From: Felis catus
Taxonomy: Eukaryota
Length of the DNA: 63,868 bases
Direction: 5' to 3'
NCBI RefSeq assembly: GCF_018350175.1
Contig: NC_058370.1
Location: 72,292,001 to 72,355,868, forward strand
Below are positions 38,026-50,560 of this stretch, one piece after another (position 1 is the stretch's first letter; every line of letters starts with the position of its first letter). The notes below the pieces were generated by a model. The model worked only from the letters and a program-made list of their open reading frames with translations, was not told the DNA's origin and made no database searches. The position numbers and the translations under genes are program-made.

Positions 38026-38699
38026 TTCCCAGACATACAAGACTTGATTTTCATCAGATTGAAGCTGTTCAGACACATAAGACACAGTGAGTCTGAAAGA
38101 AGGTAAATTACCCTTACAAACATAGGCGAGAGAGGACTCCCAGCAGCCACTAGTGATGAGCTCATTTGGGCAGCATCCAGAGACCAGCGAAGTACTTGGT
38201 CAGTCCAACCTGAATAACAATGCACCTGATGTATGTGTCTTTTTTCTGCAAACATACGGACAGGACATGCCAACAGAGCTGATGACATGAAATATTTGAG
38301 TCATATTAAGTCTCCTAGCCTTGCTTCCATGCTCACCAAGCAGCCTTCTGATAATTTGGCTTTTAACACACATAACGTGTCTCCAGGGAAAGCATGCCCA
38401 GTCAGGCCAACCAGGAATTTCTAGTGCCAGTAAATTATTATGCTGGCATTCTAGCTTTAAATATCAGCCTGTTGAGAGCTTTTTTCATATAAGGAATCTC
38501 CTCTAAGTCCAGTCAACTCAGAAATACCAATAAGATCTCAGTTTCTGAGCCAGACTCTGATCCCCCCAGGTGTATGCCATCATGTGAAGCCTCCTAGTGA
38601 TCAGTCACCAAATTATGCAGCACCCTGAATGAATGACCCTGAGAAGATAACTAACGTACTTTGTGGTTGAGCAATAGGTTCACACTTAAAGGACAAGCA

Positions 38700-39510
38700 A
38701 AGCATAGAGCTAAAAGGACAAACTTCTGAATTAGACAAACTTGTGGTTAAACCCTGGCTCTACGACTCGTTAGCTCTGTTATTTAGCCTCTGATTCTCAA
38801 TTTTCTCACTTACGTAGTGGAGGAAATGTCTATGTTACAAATCATCAGTTCTGAAAGTGTAGACCCTAGATGTCTAAGTCTGTTCAGACTGCTATAACAG
38901 AATACTACAGACTGGGTAGCATATAAACAGAAACCTATTTCTCACAGTACTGGAGGCTGGACAGTCCAAGATCAGAGTGCCCACAGATTCAGTCCAGTGA
39001 AGAACTGCTTCCCCAGTAGTCCATCTCATGTGTCCTCATGTGGCAGGAGGGGCAAGGGAGCTCTCTGGGGTCCCTTTTATAAAGGCACTAATCCCATTCA
39101 AAAAGGTGCTGTTCTCAAGACCTAATCACTTTTCAAAGGCCCTCACCCCCTAATACCATCACCATGAGGATTAGGATTTCAATATATGAATTTTAGGAGG
39201 ACACAAACATTCAGTTTATAGCACTGGACAAGCAGCAACAACATTTCTAGGGACTTGTTAAAAATGGAAATTCTTGAAACCCCACCCCAGATCTAAGGAA
39301 TCAGAAAATCTGAAGATGAAGTCGAGTAATCTATATTCCAACAAGCCTTCCAGAGGATTCTGATGCTCACTGTAGCTTGAGAAGCAAGCTTTAGTTGTAA
39401 AGATTAAAGATGGGTTGTTGTAAAGATTAGAAGTCATGTGTACAAAGGGTCTAGTACAGTGTCTGGCACAAAAAGCAGATATGCAAGACGTTTTGGTGAC
39501 TATTATTACT
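38700..39510 (+). mobile_element. MIR split by a MER5A-like element (~38845-39388), itself split by MLT1A0
   Basis: MIR 5' part at 38700-38840 and 3' part at 39410-39510 ('gggttgttgtaaagattag..tagtacagtgtctggcaca'). MER5A motifs 'cagttctgaaagtgtagaccc', 'aacaagccttccagaggattctgatgc'. Confidence 0.65.
38871..39223 (-). mobile_element. MaLR solo LTR (MLT1A0-like), near full length
   Basis: 'tgtctaagtctgttcagactgctataacagaatac..' to 'gacacaaacattcagtttatagca'. 5-bp TSD ctaga/ctgga. Confidence 0.9.
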
Positions 39511-40076
39511 TCAGGGAATTTGTAGAATGAAGGATTCTCCCATGAACTCACTACCCTAGTACTATCGATTTCATTTCTTACCTGGCCAAGAACATGTATT
39601 TTAAACATGTAGTCAAGTTACTTGTATTTGTTTCATTTTTATAGGTTTTCCTTCTTAGCAGCATACTTTTTCATAGTCTTCAAATGTCAATGGCTGCCCA
39701 CTTTTCCATCTAGTAGACATGTCATAATTTATGTAATTATTTCCTTAATTTTGGCCGATTGTGCCCCTTCTAATTTGTCATGAGACATCTTTGGCATACA
39801 ATTTACTCCTTTCCTTGGAACATTTCAGTTCCAACATTTCCTTGAAACATTGAACGTTCTAGAAACACACTGTTACGCCAATATTTTCATTGGACTGTCC
39901 CAGACTAGAAAGNNNNNNNNNNNNNNNNNNNNNNNNNNNNNNNNNNNNNNNNNNNNNNNNNNNNNNNNNNNNNNNNNNNNNNNNNNNNNNNNNNNNNNNN
40001 NNNNNNNNNNNNNNNNNNNNNNNNNNNNNNNNNNNNNNNNNNNNNNNNNNNNNNNNNNNNNNNNNNNNNNNNNNNN

Positions 40077-40180
40077 TCAGCATGGAGCCTGACACTGGGC
40101 TCGATCCCACAACCCTGGGATCATGGTCTGAGCCAAAATCAAAAGTCAGACACTGAACCAACTAAGCCACCCAGGCGCTT
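40077..40180 (-). mobile_element. CAN-SINE 5' part (remainder under the N block 39913-40076)
   Basis: 'ctcgatcccacaaccctgggatcatg..aaccaactaagccacccaggcgc'. Confidence 0.85.
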
Positions 40181-40959
40181 CTAGGAATATTTTAAATCAC
40201 TGCCAAGTTTCAATATTTCCTAAAATGTGATGTGATATATAAACTGTCATTTGAGTAGCTCACAGAAATTCACAATTATTCTCTGTAAATCCATATAAAC
40301 AAATCATTTTTTTTAATCTGAAAAGTTATAATTCTGAATTGGTTGAAAACTGATGGATTTCTGCATTCTTTTATGTGAAAATAGGTAAACAAACAAAATT
40401 GAACATAGATTCTGTTTACACCCTTGTGTATAAATCTTTAAGTACCTCATGAATTTTACTGTTGATATATATAATTCTAAATCCTACCTTGCATTGAGTT
40501 CATGTATGCAATATAGGAACAAAATGGAAAACAATATAACATTAGTGTTCATATTATCAGTAAAGACAACTGTGTATTTCGAACAAAAAAATAAAAACAC
40601 AGTCTTTAGCTGTGGCATAATAAATTTAAACATGCAAGGGATTCTGATATCCATATCTGCTTCTGAATTACTGTGCTATCAATACAAATGAGCTGAAATA
40701 TCAGTATTTTTGTTGTTGCTGTCGTTATCATTACCAGTAAGAAAGATACTTTGTTTGAGAATGTGGTTGCTGTAACTGTAATTAGACAAATACTTATTCC
40801 TAGTTGTTGTTCTGCTGAGGTCCTGGAATTGTACAGTTAGTTTACCCTTATGAAAAGGAAAAATCTTGAATTCTTCATTTTTATTAAAATTAGAAATTCA
40901 ACGTTCAGGCCAAAAACCATGAACTTCAGTTCCAAACTATAAGCAATCACAGAAAATAT

Positions 40960-41620
40960 TTAAAAAGCAATAAAATAAAGAGATTTATTATAAGATCTAA
41001 GGAGAAACTTCAACAAGGTTTCAAGAAACAAAATCAATTTATAAAAACTAATACCCCTTTATTCTAGCCATAATCAAATAGAAAATAATACACTCTTCCC
41101 AAGAAAGTATTTAGGAATTATCAACCTGAGAAAGAACATGTAAGACTTCTATGTAAAATATTCTAAGATTAATTATAGTAGATAAAAAATGGATATAAGT
41201 TAGTTAGGGAGTTCAACCATGTTCATGGATGCAGCAGCAACATAAAGATGCCAATTTTCTCTGAAATAACTTCCAGACTTAATATAATCCCAAACAAAAT
41301 TTCCTGTGCGAGTAGCATGATAAATTCATTCCAAAATGGATATGGCAGTATAAAAGAACATAGATAACTAAGATAACTTTGAAAAGGAGCAAAAAGGGAG
41401 GACTTATTCTGCCAGATATTAACACATATCATCAATCCTTGGTATTCACAATAATTTCATGCAGAGGAAGAAATATGTAGATAAACTGAATAGAACATAC
41501 ATAGACTAGAGATACATACACGCACAGCCATGCACATACATACACTCACACACAAAGTCACTTGATTTGGGACAAAGATGGTTACCACCAAGTTCAAATT
41601 ACTCAGTAGATGTTGTTGTG
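40960..41620 (+). mobile_element. Ancient L1 ORF2 fragment
   Basis: Degenerate ORF2 motifs 'catgttcatggat', 'aatcccaaacaaaattt', 'ggaggacttattctgccagatattaa'. Confidence 0.65.
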
Positions 41621-41785
41621 AAAACCTCTCAATACCTCAACTGTTATCACGCTGAGCAAGCCACGATAGGCCTTCCCCTTGAGTCCTACAAAAGCCTCCT
41701 GGCTGATCTTCCTGCTTTTGCTTTTGCTCTCCCCCCATCTCATTAACAGCAATCCTGTAAAAACACAGTCAAATCATGCTTGTGT

Positions 41786-41917
41786 TTTTATTTTGTATTT
41801 TTCCCAGCTTTATTAAGATGAAATTGACATGTAACATTGTGTAAGTTTACGGTGCACAGTATTGATTTGAGGCACTCATATACTGCAACATGATTACCAC
41901 CTTATTTTAAAAACACT
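41786..41917 (-). mobile_element. Very short L1 3' end
   Basis: 'cagctttattaagatg..tgacatgtaacattgtgtaagttta'. 12-bp TSD tcatgcttgtgt (41774-41785, 41918-41929). Confidence 0.8.
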
Positions 41918-41979
41918 TCATGCTTGTGTGAAGACACAAAAAAAAACCTTTTCTGGACCAATCCAGTCAGGCAGAGAAT

Positions 41980-42200
41980 AATAACTAATAATTATTGCAC
42001 ACTTTCTATTATTAGGCACTCTTTGATTTACATATATTAACTCAATCTTCACAACAAACCTATGAAATAGGCACTATGATCCTCCCCCCATTTTCAATAG
42101 GTGCAGAGGTAAAGTGACTTACCAAAGGTCACAAGTTACTTAGCCTCTCTGCATAGAAGCAGAGCTGGGATTCAAATCCTGATATTCTGGCTCCAGAATG
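41980..42200 (-). mobile_element. MIR SINE
   Basis: 'tcttcacaacaaacctatgaaataggcact..aaggtcaca..agagctgggattcaaatcc..tctggctccaga'. Confidence 0.75.
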
Positions 42201-43099
42201 TTTGGGCAAGGTTTGCAGCACAGAGAGATTTGTCTACTAGACTTTTAGATCCTTCCACGTGGCTTTAATCAATTAGAAAATTAAGCCATGATGTTCACAA
42301 TTGATTTTACAGCTATTATTCAATTTTATGGTAGGAGGGAATTATTACAAAATGTATTACAAAAATCCAGCATGTTGCCTGAATCTGTCCCAGCTTTCTG
42401 ATGCCTGCCTTGTGTCTCCCACCCTGGTTTTTCCATTATTCTCTTCTGCACTATGTTTGGGAGATCTCTTGATTCCATGGTTCCTTCCACCTCTCCCATG
42501 AGAGGTCAAGTTGACAAGAAGGCCTGCACATTTGAAGGCTGTCTCAGCACCTGGCTGGGATGGAGCAGCACAGGTTTGGAAGCGCGACAACACATCGCTC
42601 TGCTTTGCTAGAGAGGAGACAGGCTGGAAGGGTGGGCTACTGCAGGCAATAAAGCTGACGTGGGCTAAGGGGATTCAGTTTGTGGGACGCGGTTTGCCAT
42701 TAGCTGGCAGTAACCCAAAAGCCACTAAAAACCTTTAAAGCAAGAAGAAGAATGCAAAGTAGAAGATGGACTGCAGTGCATGTGTGTGTGTGAGAGACAG
42801 AGAGACAGAGACAGAGACAGAACACACAGAATGTGTCAACATTCTCCTCGGTGTTGATCAAACTATGCATTTAGATAGGCTTTGCCTGAAGCATTATCTA
42901 AATTATCCAAGAAGCCAGGGAAATTAACCCAGCCTTCAAAACAAATATTGACCTGTGTGGCCATGACTTAAGCAAAAGATGTAAACTCTGACTATGAGAA
43001 AGTGAATGTATCCTTCACATTTTAGGCTGAGGTTTTGGGGAGTTTGGTAGGCAGGAAGGAAATTGATGATATATTTGCTGTTAACAACTGACATTATTT

Positions 43100-43645
43100 C
43101 TTTTCCCAGTTTTATTGAGATGGAATTCACCTATAACACTGCATAAATTTAAGGTGTGCAGCATAATGATATGACATATGTATATATTACAAAATGATCA
43201 CTAATAAGTTAACATACATCACCTCATGTAGTTAAAGTTTATTTTTTCTTGTGATGAGAACTTTTAAGATCTACTCTCTTAGCAACTTCCTTTTTTTAAA
43301 TTTTTTTTTATTTTTTTGATGTTTATTTTTGAGAGAGAGAGAGACAGAGCACAAGTCGGGGAGGGGCAGAAAGAGAAGGAGATACAGAATCTGAAGCAGG
43401 CTCCAGGCTCTGAGCTGTCAGCACAGAGCCCAACGCTGGGCTTGAAGCCACGAATCGTGAGATCATGACCTGGGCCAAAGTCGGATGCTTAACCGAATAA
43501 GCCACTCCAGCACCCCATCCACTTTCATATATACGATACAGTATGGTTAACTACAGGCACCAGGCTATACATTACATCCCCAGAACTTATCTACATTATA
43601 ACTGGAAGTTTATACCTTTTGATCACCTTTACCCATTTCTCCCCA
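43100..43645 (-). mobile_element. L1 3' end (L1MA/L1_Carn-like), interrupted by a SINE
   Basis: 'gtgatgagaacttttaagatctactctcttagcaactt', 'ccccagaacttat..ataactggaagtttatacctttt'. TSD acaactga(c/t)attatttc at ~43084 and ~43698. Confidence 0.85.
43291..43515 (-). mobile_element. CAN-SINE (feliform)
   Basis: Reverse SINEC body inside the L1. Confidence 0.93.
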
Positions 43646-43938
43646 GGACAACTGATATTCCCATTGGACAACTGGGACAATATTCCCATTCCCCAGGACA
43701 ACTGATATTATTTCATTGGAAATTTAAGAAGGTGTATCAAGAACCTTCCAGAATTATCATAGATAATTTTAACTGAATGTTCAATACATGTGCCAGGTAC
43801 TGAACTATCTACTTGACCTGCACTATCTCATTACTAACATAATCCTGTGGAAAAGGAATTATTATCTTTACTTTATAGATGGGGGAACTGAGGCTCAGGA
43901 GGTTTAAGATACTTGCTCATGCTAGTAAAGAGAGAATC

Positions 43939-44053
43939 AGGGGAGCCTGGGTGACAGTCAGTTAAGCATCTGACTCTTGATTTCTTCTCAGGTCATGATC
44001 TCACAGTTGTGAGATGGAGCTTGGGATTGTCTCTCTCTCTGCCCCTCCCTGAT

Positions 44054-44094
<41 letters not shown>

Positions 44095-44115
44095 TAAATA
44101 AATAAACATGTTAAA
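43939..44115 (+). mobile_element. CAN-SINE (internally deleted), inserted in a MIR (~43775-43930)
   Basis: 'ggggagcctgggtgacagtcagttaagcatctgactcttgat..' with (CT)n and (TAAA)n. Confidence 0.85.
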
Positions 44116-44174
44116 AAGAGAGAGGGAAAGAAACAAAGACTTGAATTCAAGCCCAACCCCAAGCCTAGAACTTT

Positions 44175-45035
44175 TTAAAAATAGGTATTTATTTTAATAA
44201 CAAAAGATTTGCTTATTTGAAAACATAAGATACACAAGACAACAAAGTGATCAAGGATAACAGAGTGAACACCCAGGCCCCAAAACTTAGCTTACAAGTA
44301 AAACATTACAAATACAGTTAAGGCTCCAATGTTCATTCCACTCCCTCTCTCTCAGAGGTCGTGACCATAAACCTGAATTTGGTGTTTATTACTCACAACC
44401 ATTCCTTTGCATTTTTTCTACAGACATTGGTGCACTTAAATAGTATGTGACATTGTTCTGCATGCCTATTTAAACTTTAAAAAATAGCATACTGGAAGTA
44501 TCCTTTTACAGTCTGATTGTTCAACTCATTATGGTGAGTATGAAATGCATCACGTCGACGAGCTTAGCTCTAGTTTATTTATATTCTCTGCTGTACAATA
44601 TTCCACTTCATGACAATATCATGTTTTTCTGTTGACAGGCATTTAAATCACCTTTGACTTTTTATTATTACAAATAATGTTGCAGTGAACATACCTGCAC
44701 TTTCATTCTTGTGCAAGAATTTGTCCAGAGTATAAAACCAGAAGCAGAATTGTTGAGTCATAGCACACATGCATCTTCAAACTCACTAGCTGTCACAGAA
44801 TCGCCCCAGGGTGACCGGTCTAACCACCACTGCCATCAGCACTGCATGGCAGGATCGGTGTCCACACCATTGCCAGCACTTGGTTTTTATCAGAGTTTTT
44901 AATTTTTGTTAGTCTGTAAGAGTAAAATGGCATCCAATTGTGGTTTCACCATGGATTTTTCCTCCTCACTAGGGCAGGTGAACTGCTTTTCATTTGTTCA
45001 TTCTGCTCAGGTGTCCTCTTCCATGATTTGTCTGT
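44175..45035 (-). mobile_element. Ancient L1 (L1ME-like) 3' fragment
   Basis: 'attacaaataatgttgcagtgaacat', 'gaagcagaattgttgagtcatag', 'aaaatggcatccaattgtggtttc'. Confidence 0.7.
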
Positions 45036-46218
45036 CCATCAGCCTGAGCCAGGAAGGCATAAATGCACGACTATTCCTGAGAACAAAGACTTGGAGCTCG
45101 GGGCTCAGTGCTAAAGAGGCTCGCCGTCTACTAGGGCAGACAGACAGGGACTAAGATCAGCAACTCTGCAAGGTAAGCCCACAAGGAGAATGGAGTCAAT
45201 GAAGAGAAGGCATGTTCTGGGAGAGGCAATCCTTACGCCAATGGCTTAAGAATTCATGGCAGCCAAGTTCAGAGCGGTAAAGAGCATTCTAAAGTGAGGA
45301 AATGCAAAGTGAGTATATGCAAAGCCATGGAGGGAAAAAGAAACTGCTGTGTCCAAGAATATAACAACTAGCTCTAACTGGCTGGAACAGAGGCTGCTTG
45401 AAGCAGACAAGTGAGTGAGAAGGAGAAGGGGCAGCCAGGCCCCTGCACTAACAAAGTGTGCGTATGATTTCTGGAGTCACAGGAGTCCTCTTAGGATTGT
45501 GAGCAGAAGGGTGTCAGGGTGACATCTGCACTCTAGGGTGCAGAGAGGGGTGAGGAGGGAAGGGCTGACTATTATCAGTGAGACTGGAAGGCTACCACAG
45601 GACTGCTAAGAACCTACACCAATACTGTGGCAGAAAGACCAAAAGGAGGAAATGAATTTAGTAGAGAGCTAGACCAGGGAATCAATAGAACTTGATGGGC
45701 TATTTGAAGGATACCTAGGGTCTGAAGAATTCATAAATAGCATTTCCCATTTCCAAGCCTAATTTCAGAACCGATTAAGACAGGCATGGGTGTCAGGCAG
45801 ACGAACACTGAAATATCAGCTTCTTACCAATAAAGCCCATGTAGCAGGATACACCTCAGGCATGCAACACAGTGGGCTTACTGATACCAAACATGAGAAA
45901 AAAAAAACACACATCCTCCCAGGCACAGGCAGCCCCAGATGTCTGGGGGACATCCACACTTGGGGGCCTGACGAGAATGCAAACCCTTTGCAGGCAGGTG
46001 CATACAAGCGAGAGGTGGAGGAAGGGGCTGAGCCACTTATGCTCAGTTCTTTCATCAAAACCTACCAATCAGATAAATCACTCCTCCTCCAGGGAAGAAT
46101 GTACTTAAGTGTGTGGAGGGGACGGGCAGCCAGGAAAAGGTGACATCTGATGAGGCCCCCTCCAATTTAAGGAAAGAAGACTCTTTGCTCTCCAACAGGT
46201 AATAATAATAATAATAAC

Positions 46219-46443
46219 CGGGGCATCTGGATGGCTCAGTCGGTTACGTGTCTAACTTTGGCTCAGATCATGATCTCACAGTTCGTGGGTTTGGGCCCTG
46301 CATCAGGCTTTGCACTGACAGCACGGAGCCTGCTTCGGATTCTCTGTCTCCCTCTCTCTCTGGCCCTCCCCTGCTTGCACTCTCTCTCTCTCTCTCTCAA
46401 AAATAAATAAACATTTAATAATAATAATAATAATAATAATAAT
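46219..46443 (+). mobile_element. CAN-SINE with (AAT)n tail
   Basis: SINEC body flanked by (aat)n on both sides. Confidence 0.93.
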
Positions 46444-46529
46444 ATCTTGTCATGGAAAGTAGCTATAACACAGTGGAGTCAACCAGACTTCATCACCTGG
46501 TAGTTGTGTGACCACTAGCGGATTTTTTA

Positions 46530-46745
46530 TAATAATAGAGCTAACTCTTAGGATAGAATTACTGAGTACTCTCTACTAAATGCTCTTCACACATAAACTC
46601 ACCCAATATTCACATTAACTCCATGAGGAAAATACTGTGAATATCTCCATTTTACAGATGTGACACAGTTTAAGGTTTTTCCCAAGGTCACCTAGCAAGT
46701 AAATGGAAGAGCCAAGGCTTGAACGCTAGACTATCTAACTCTGGG
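46530..46745 (-). mobile_element. MIR SINE
   Basis: 'ctccattttacagatg..cccaaggtcacctagcaagtaaatggaagagcca'. Confidence 0.7.
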
Positions 46746-47500
46746 GACTTGTCTCTAACTAGGACGTCTCTCAGCACATAAAAGGCCAGACCTAATACCT
46801 GGCACATTGTAAATACGCCACTTTTATTACTATTGTTGTTCTATAAGGGTCATATATTCACAGAAGAAAGGGCAGAGTCTTGATGTATTGGTTAGAAACA
46901 TTTGGCAAGTGCAAGAAAACCCAGATAATTCTAACCAACCACTTTGGAAAACAAGGTGGCTACTTTGAATGGTAAAGAAAGCATTGTATTCTTAGGTTCT
47001 ATAGCTAAAGAAGTTTATTGTCATCTGGAAAGGAATAAAAATATCACATTTGGAGAACAGGAAGGAAAATGGCTTTGCTGGTGCAGAATATCCCTGCTGG
47101 GGGAGTGGGGGTGAGCGAAATATGTGTAAGTGCAGAAGGGCCAACTGGGGGAGCACCAGGCCACTCTGTTACTCTGCTGTGTTTTGCTTTATTTCCTAGA
47201 AGAAATAATCAACTCGGGACAATAACTGTGTCTTCCACTTCATGCCTGAAACAGCTATTGGCCAGATTTGTGGGCTTATAGATATTTCTGTTTTGGGTAA
47301 GTGTGTAGAATAGTAAAATATTCTCCACTCTCAAATCATGTGTGGTTTTATAAACTGGCAAAGGGATGAGTGGAGTTAATGGTATGTGATTAGAATTGGT
47401 GCTGTACGTTGGGGAGTAATAGTAATGTTTAGAATGGACGTGGTTTCTCTGTAAAACAAGCCAGGCTCAATACTACACTCTATGTTAACGAAGTGGAATT

Positions 47501-47712
47501 TTTTTTTTTAATGTTTATTTATTTTTGAGACAGAGAGAGACAGAGCATGAGCAGGGAAGGGGCAGAGAGAGAGGGAGACACAGAATGTGAAGCAGGTTCC
47601 AGGCTCCGAGCTGTCAGCACAGAGCCTGACCTGGGGCTCGAACCCACAAACTGTGAGATCATGACCTGAGCCGAAGTTGGACGCTTAACTGATTGAGCCA
47701 CCCAGGCGCCCC
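47501..47712 (-). mobile_element. CAN-SINE (feliform) inserted in a tiny L1 3' end (~47467-47787, (CAA)n tail)
   Basis: Reverse SINEC body. TSD 'aagtggaatt'. Flanks join to L1-type 'acactctatgttaac..ggaatttaaataaaaacttgaa'. Confidence 0.93.
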
Positions 47713-48553
47713 TGACTAAGTGGAATTTAAATAAAAACTTGAAACTAAAAACAAAATGACAACAACAACAACAACAACAACAACAAAAACAAACCAGACT
47801 CAGGTGAGGCAGGAAGGAACCTAGTGTTTCCCAGCTCAGTGACAATGGGACTTAGTTCTAAAAACTGCAAGGCCAAAACCACACTGGATGGAATAAACAG
47901 TCCTCCTCCTATGAGACTGAACTGTGTTATTTCTAAGAAAACAAAATATTTACTTGTTGAGATGGCTTATTTCTTAAGGAGCCAAGTAAGAAAATCAGCC
48001 ACAGAAATTTCTTAGTAGGGACACAGAAGAGCACCCACACTGGCCCTCATGTATAGGATCAGGGCCTGTCCTCACTGCCTCCTGGAAACCTTTAGAGAAA
48101 ACCTGAGGCATTGGTCATTGTTACAATAGCAGGAAACCCCCCTAAAGGCAAACTCCTGCTTGAACCCCACAGCATGTGGTTTGTGAGCCCCCAGCTCAGG
48201 GGCTTGAAGAGGGTGGTTATGTGGGAATGGGGACTGGAGAGAAAGTGGGGTAGATCAGGGGAATGTCCTCCTAGCAAAGCTCTAAGCCTGAAAAGCCCTC
48301 CCCACTTTCTGCAGTTTCGTGTTAAATTAGAATGCAGAACCGCCCTTCTGAGATTCCCTTGTCCCTTCAATAAAAATTTCATAAGCTTGCCTAATAGGCC
48401 TGTGAGGTTTATGGAGCAGAGACCAGAGCAGCAGGGAGCCTCCAGGAAGTGGCTGGATTCATCCACACCCACCCTCCAACAGAACTCCCCAAGAAGCAGG
48501 TTGGAGGGTGGGATCACTAAATGGAAGGGGCGGTGCTGAGAAGACTCCTGGGG

Positions 48554-48590
48554 AGGGCGGGGGGGGGGGGGGGGGGGGGGGAGGTTGGGG
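48554..48590 (+). repeat. Poly-G tract (G-quadruplex-capable)
   Basis: Run of about 23 G at 48559-48581 with flanking G-runs. Confidence 0.8.
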
Positions 48591-49510
48591 AATGCTGTGC
48601 TCCCTGGTGGCCTCACTTCCCCCAGGTTAGGGAGGAACACACTCTGAGAGAGAACAAAGGGGCACTACTACCTAGGGCCACACACGAACGCTAAGGCAGC
48701 GTGTGACACTCACTGCTACCTCCTGGCTAAACACATCCGAGTGGAGGACGAGGTAAGGTCAAAGGGAAAAGGAGCAGAAAGAAGTAGATTCTCCAAGCGT
48801 ATATACGGCATTGAGTGAGACAGTGTTCCTGGACCTTAAGACAAGAGAAACAAACAACATACAGCAAATCTAAAACCCTTTATCAGCTGGATTCAAGTCA
48901 TAACCCTTTCTAGAATTTCACCCACTGGAATTTCTTCCAGAATGATTATCAGGAAAAACTTCGGGTCTTAGGGCCTTCCCTACACCTCAAGATTCCTATA
49001 AGACAGACTCAAACCCTCCCCCAAACCTTTTGTTCTGTGGAAATTCAAAGACTTCGCCACGATTTCTGTAAATTCCCAGGTAGTCATCATCTCCTGGACA
49101 CTCTGCCTCCAGGCTCCGGCTGAGATGAATCTGTTTCCCACAACACCCACGAAGCATGAACTGAGCCCCTGTTTGGATTTCTACAATGCAGAACATGCGT
49201 GGATTGAGCATGATTTACTGAAGATTACAGTGAGGCAAAGATAGCTTACACCACAATGACACGCATCTTCTCAAATGGAACTGGGAGGGGCATCATTCTT
49301 ACAACCAGCTGTAGCCGTTACACCAGGAGCTGTTCCTAGCCCTACCTCCATCCAGTCCATCCTTCCTTCCTTCTCTCCCTTCCCCTCCTCCTCTGGAGGG
49401 TGGCGGGGGGAGCAAATTCCTCTCCTTGGCCAGTTCAGTTTAGTGGTCACTGTTTCTTCTGTCTTGGAGTCTCAGCCCCCACCTTCACCTCAGCCAGGTA
49501 TTTATTTTCA

Positions 49511-49580
49511 TTTATTTTTAATGTTTATTTATTTTGAGAGAGAGAGAGTACATGTGAGCAGGGAAGGGGCAGAGAGAGAG

Positions 49581-49632
<52 letters not shown>

Positions 49633-50560
49633 AGCATGTTCCACGCTGACAGCACAGAGCCCCATGTGGGGCTTGAATCCATGAACTCTGAGATCATGAA
49701 CTGAGCCAAAATCAAGAGTCAGACGCTCACTGAGATACCACCTCACACTGGTCAGAGTGGCTAAAATTAACAACTCAGTAAACAACAGATGCTGGCACCA
49801 ATGTGGAGAAACAGGAACCCTCTTGCACTATTTATTGGTGGGAACACAAACTGGTGCAGCCACTCTGGAAAACAGTGTGGAGGTTCCTCAAAAAATTAAA
49901 AATAGAACTACCCTACGACCCAGCAATAGCACTACTAGGAATTTATCCAAAGGATACAGGAGTGTTGATCTATAGGAGCACATGTACCCCAATGTTTATA
50001 GCAATGCTTTCAACAATAGTCAAATTATGGAAAGAGCCTAAATGCCCATCAACTGATGAATGGATAAAGAAGATGTGGTTTTTATATATTATGCAATACT
50101 ACTTGGCAAAGAGAAAGAATGAAATCCTGCCATTTGCAGCAACATGGCTGGAACTGGAGGGTATTATGCCAAGTGAAATAAGTCAGTCAGGGAAAGACAG
50201 ATATCATGTAAGTTTTCATTCATATGTGAACTTGGCAAAAGATCAGGGGGGAAGGGAAGGGGAAAAAAATAGTTACAAACAGAGAGGGAAGTAGGCAAAC
50301 CATAAGAGACTCTTAAACACAGAGAACAAACTGAGGGTGGATGGGGGAGTTGTGGAGAGGGAAAAATGGGTGATGGGCATTGAGGAGAGCACTTGTTGGG
50401 ATGAGCACTGGGTGTTGTATGTAAGCGACAAACCACGGGAATCTACCCCCAAAACCAAGGGCACACTGTATACGCTGTATGTTAGCCAATTTGACAATAA
50501 ATTATATTAAAAAAAAAAAAAAGAGCCAGATGCTTAACCAGCTGAGCCACCCAGGCGCCC
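49511..50560 (-). mobile_element. CAN-SINE split by an L1 (parts 49511-49727 and 50523-50560)
   Basis: Reverse SINEC up to 'aagagtcagacgct', resuming 'aagagccagatgcttaaccagctgagccacccaggcgccc' after the L1 poly-A. Confidence 0.93.
49728..50522 (+). mobile_element. Felid-type L1, 5'-truncated (~0.8 kb; ORF2 C-terminus plus 3'UTR and poly-A)
   Basis: ORF 49803..50294 '[50 protein letters not shown]' is the L1 ORF2p C-terminus. Confidence 0.95.

Noticed and set aside
48092-48640. Overlapping 182-aa and 142-aa antisense ORFs
   Set aside because: No recognisable homology. The poly-Pro comes from the G run, and the GC-richer composition explains stop scarcity.
49803-50294. 163-aa ORF as a functional CDS (also 55686..56150)
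   Set aside because: C-terminal remnant of L1 ORF2p in a 5'-truncated copy lacking promoter, endonuclease and RT domains.
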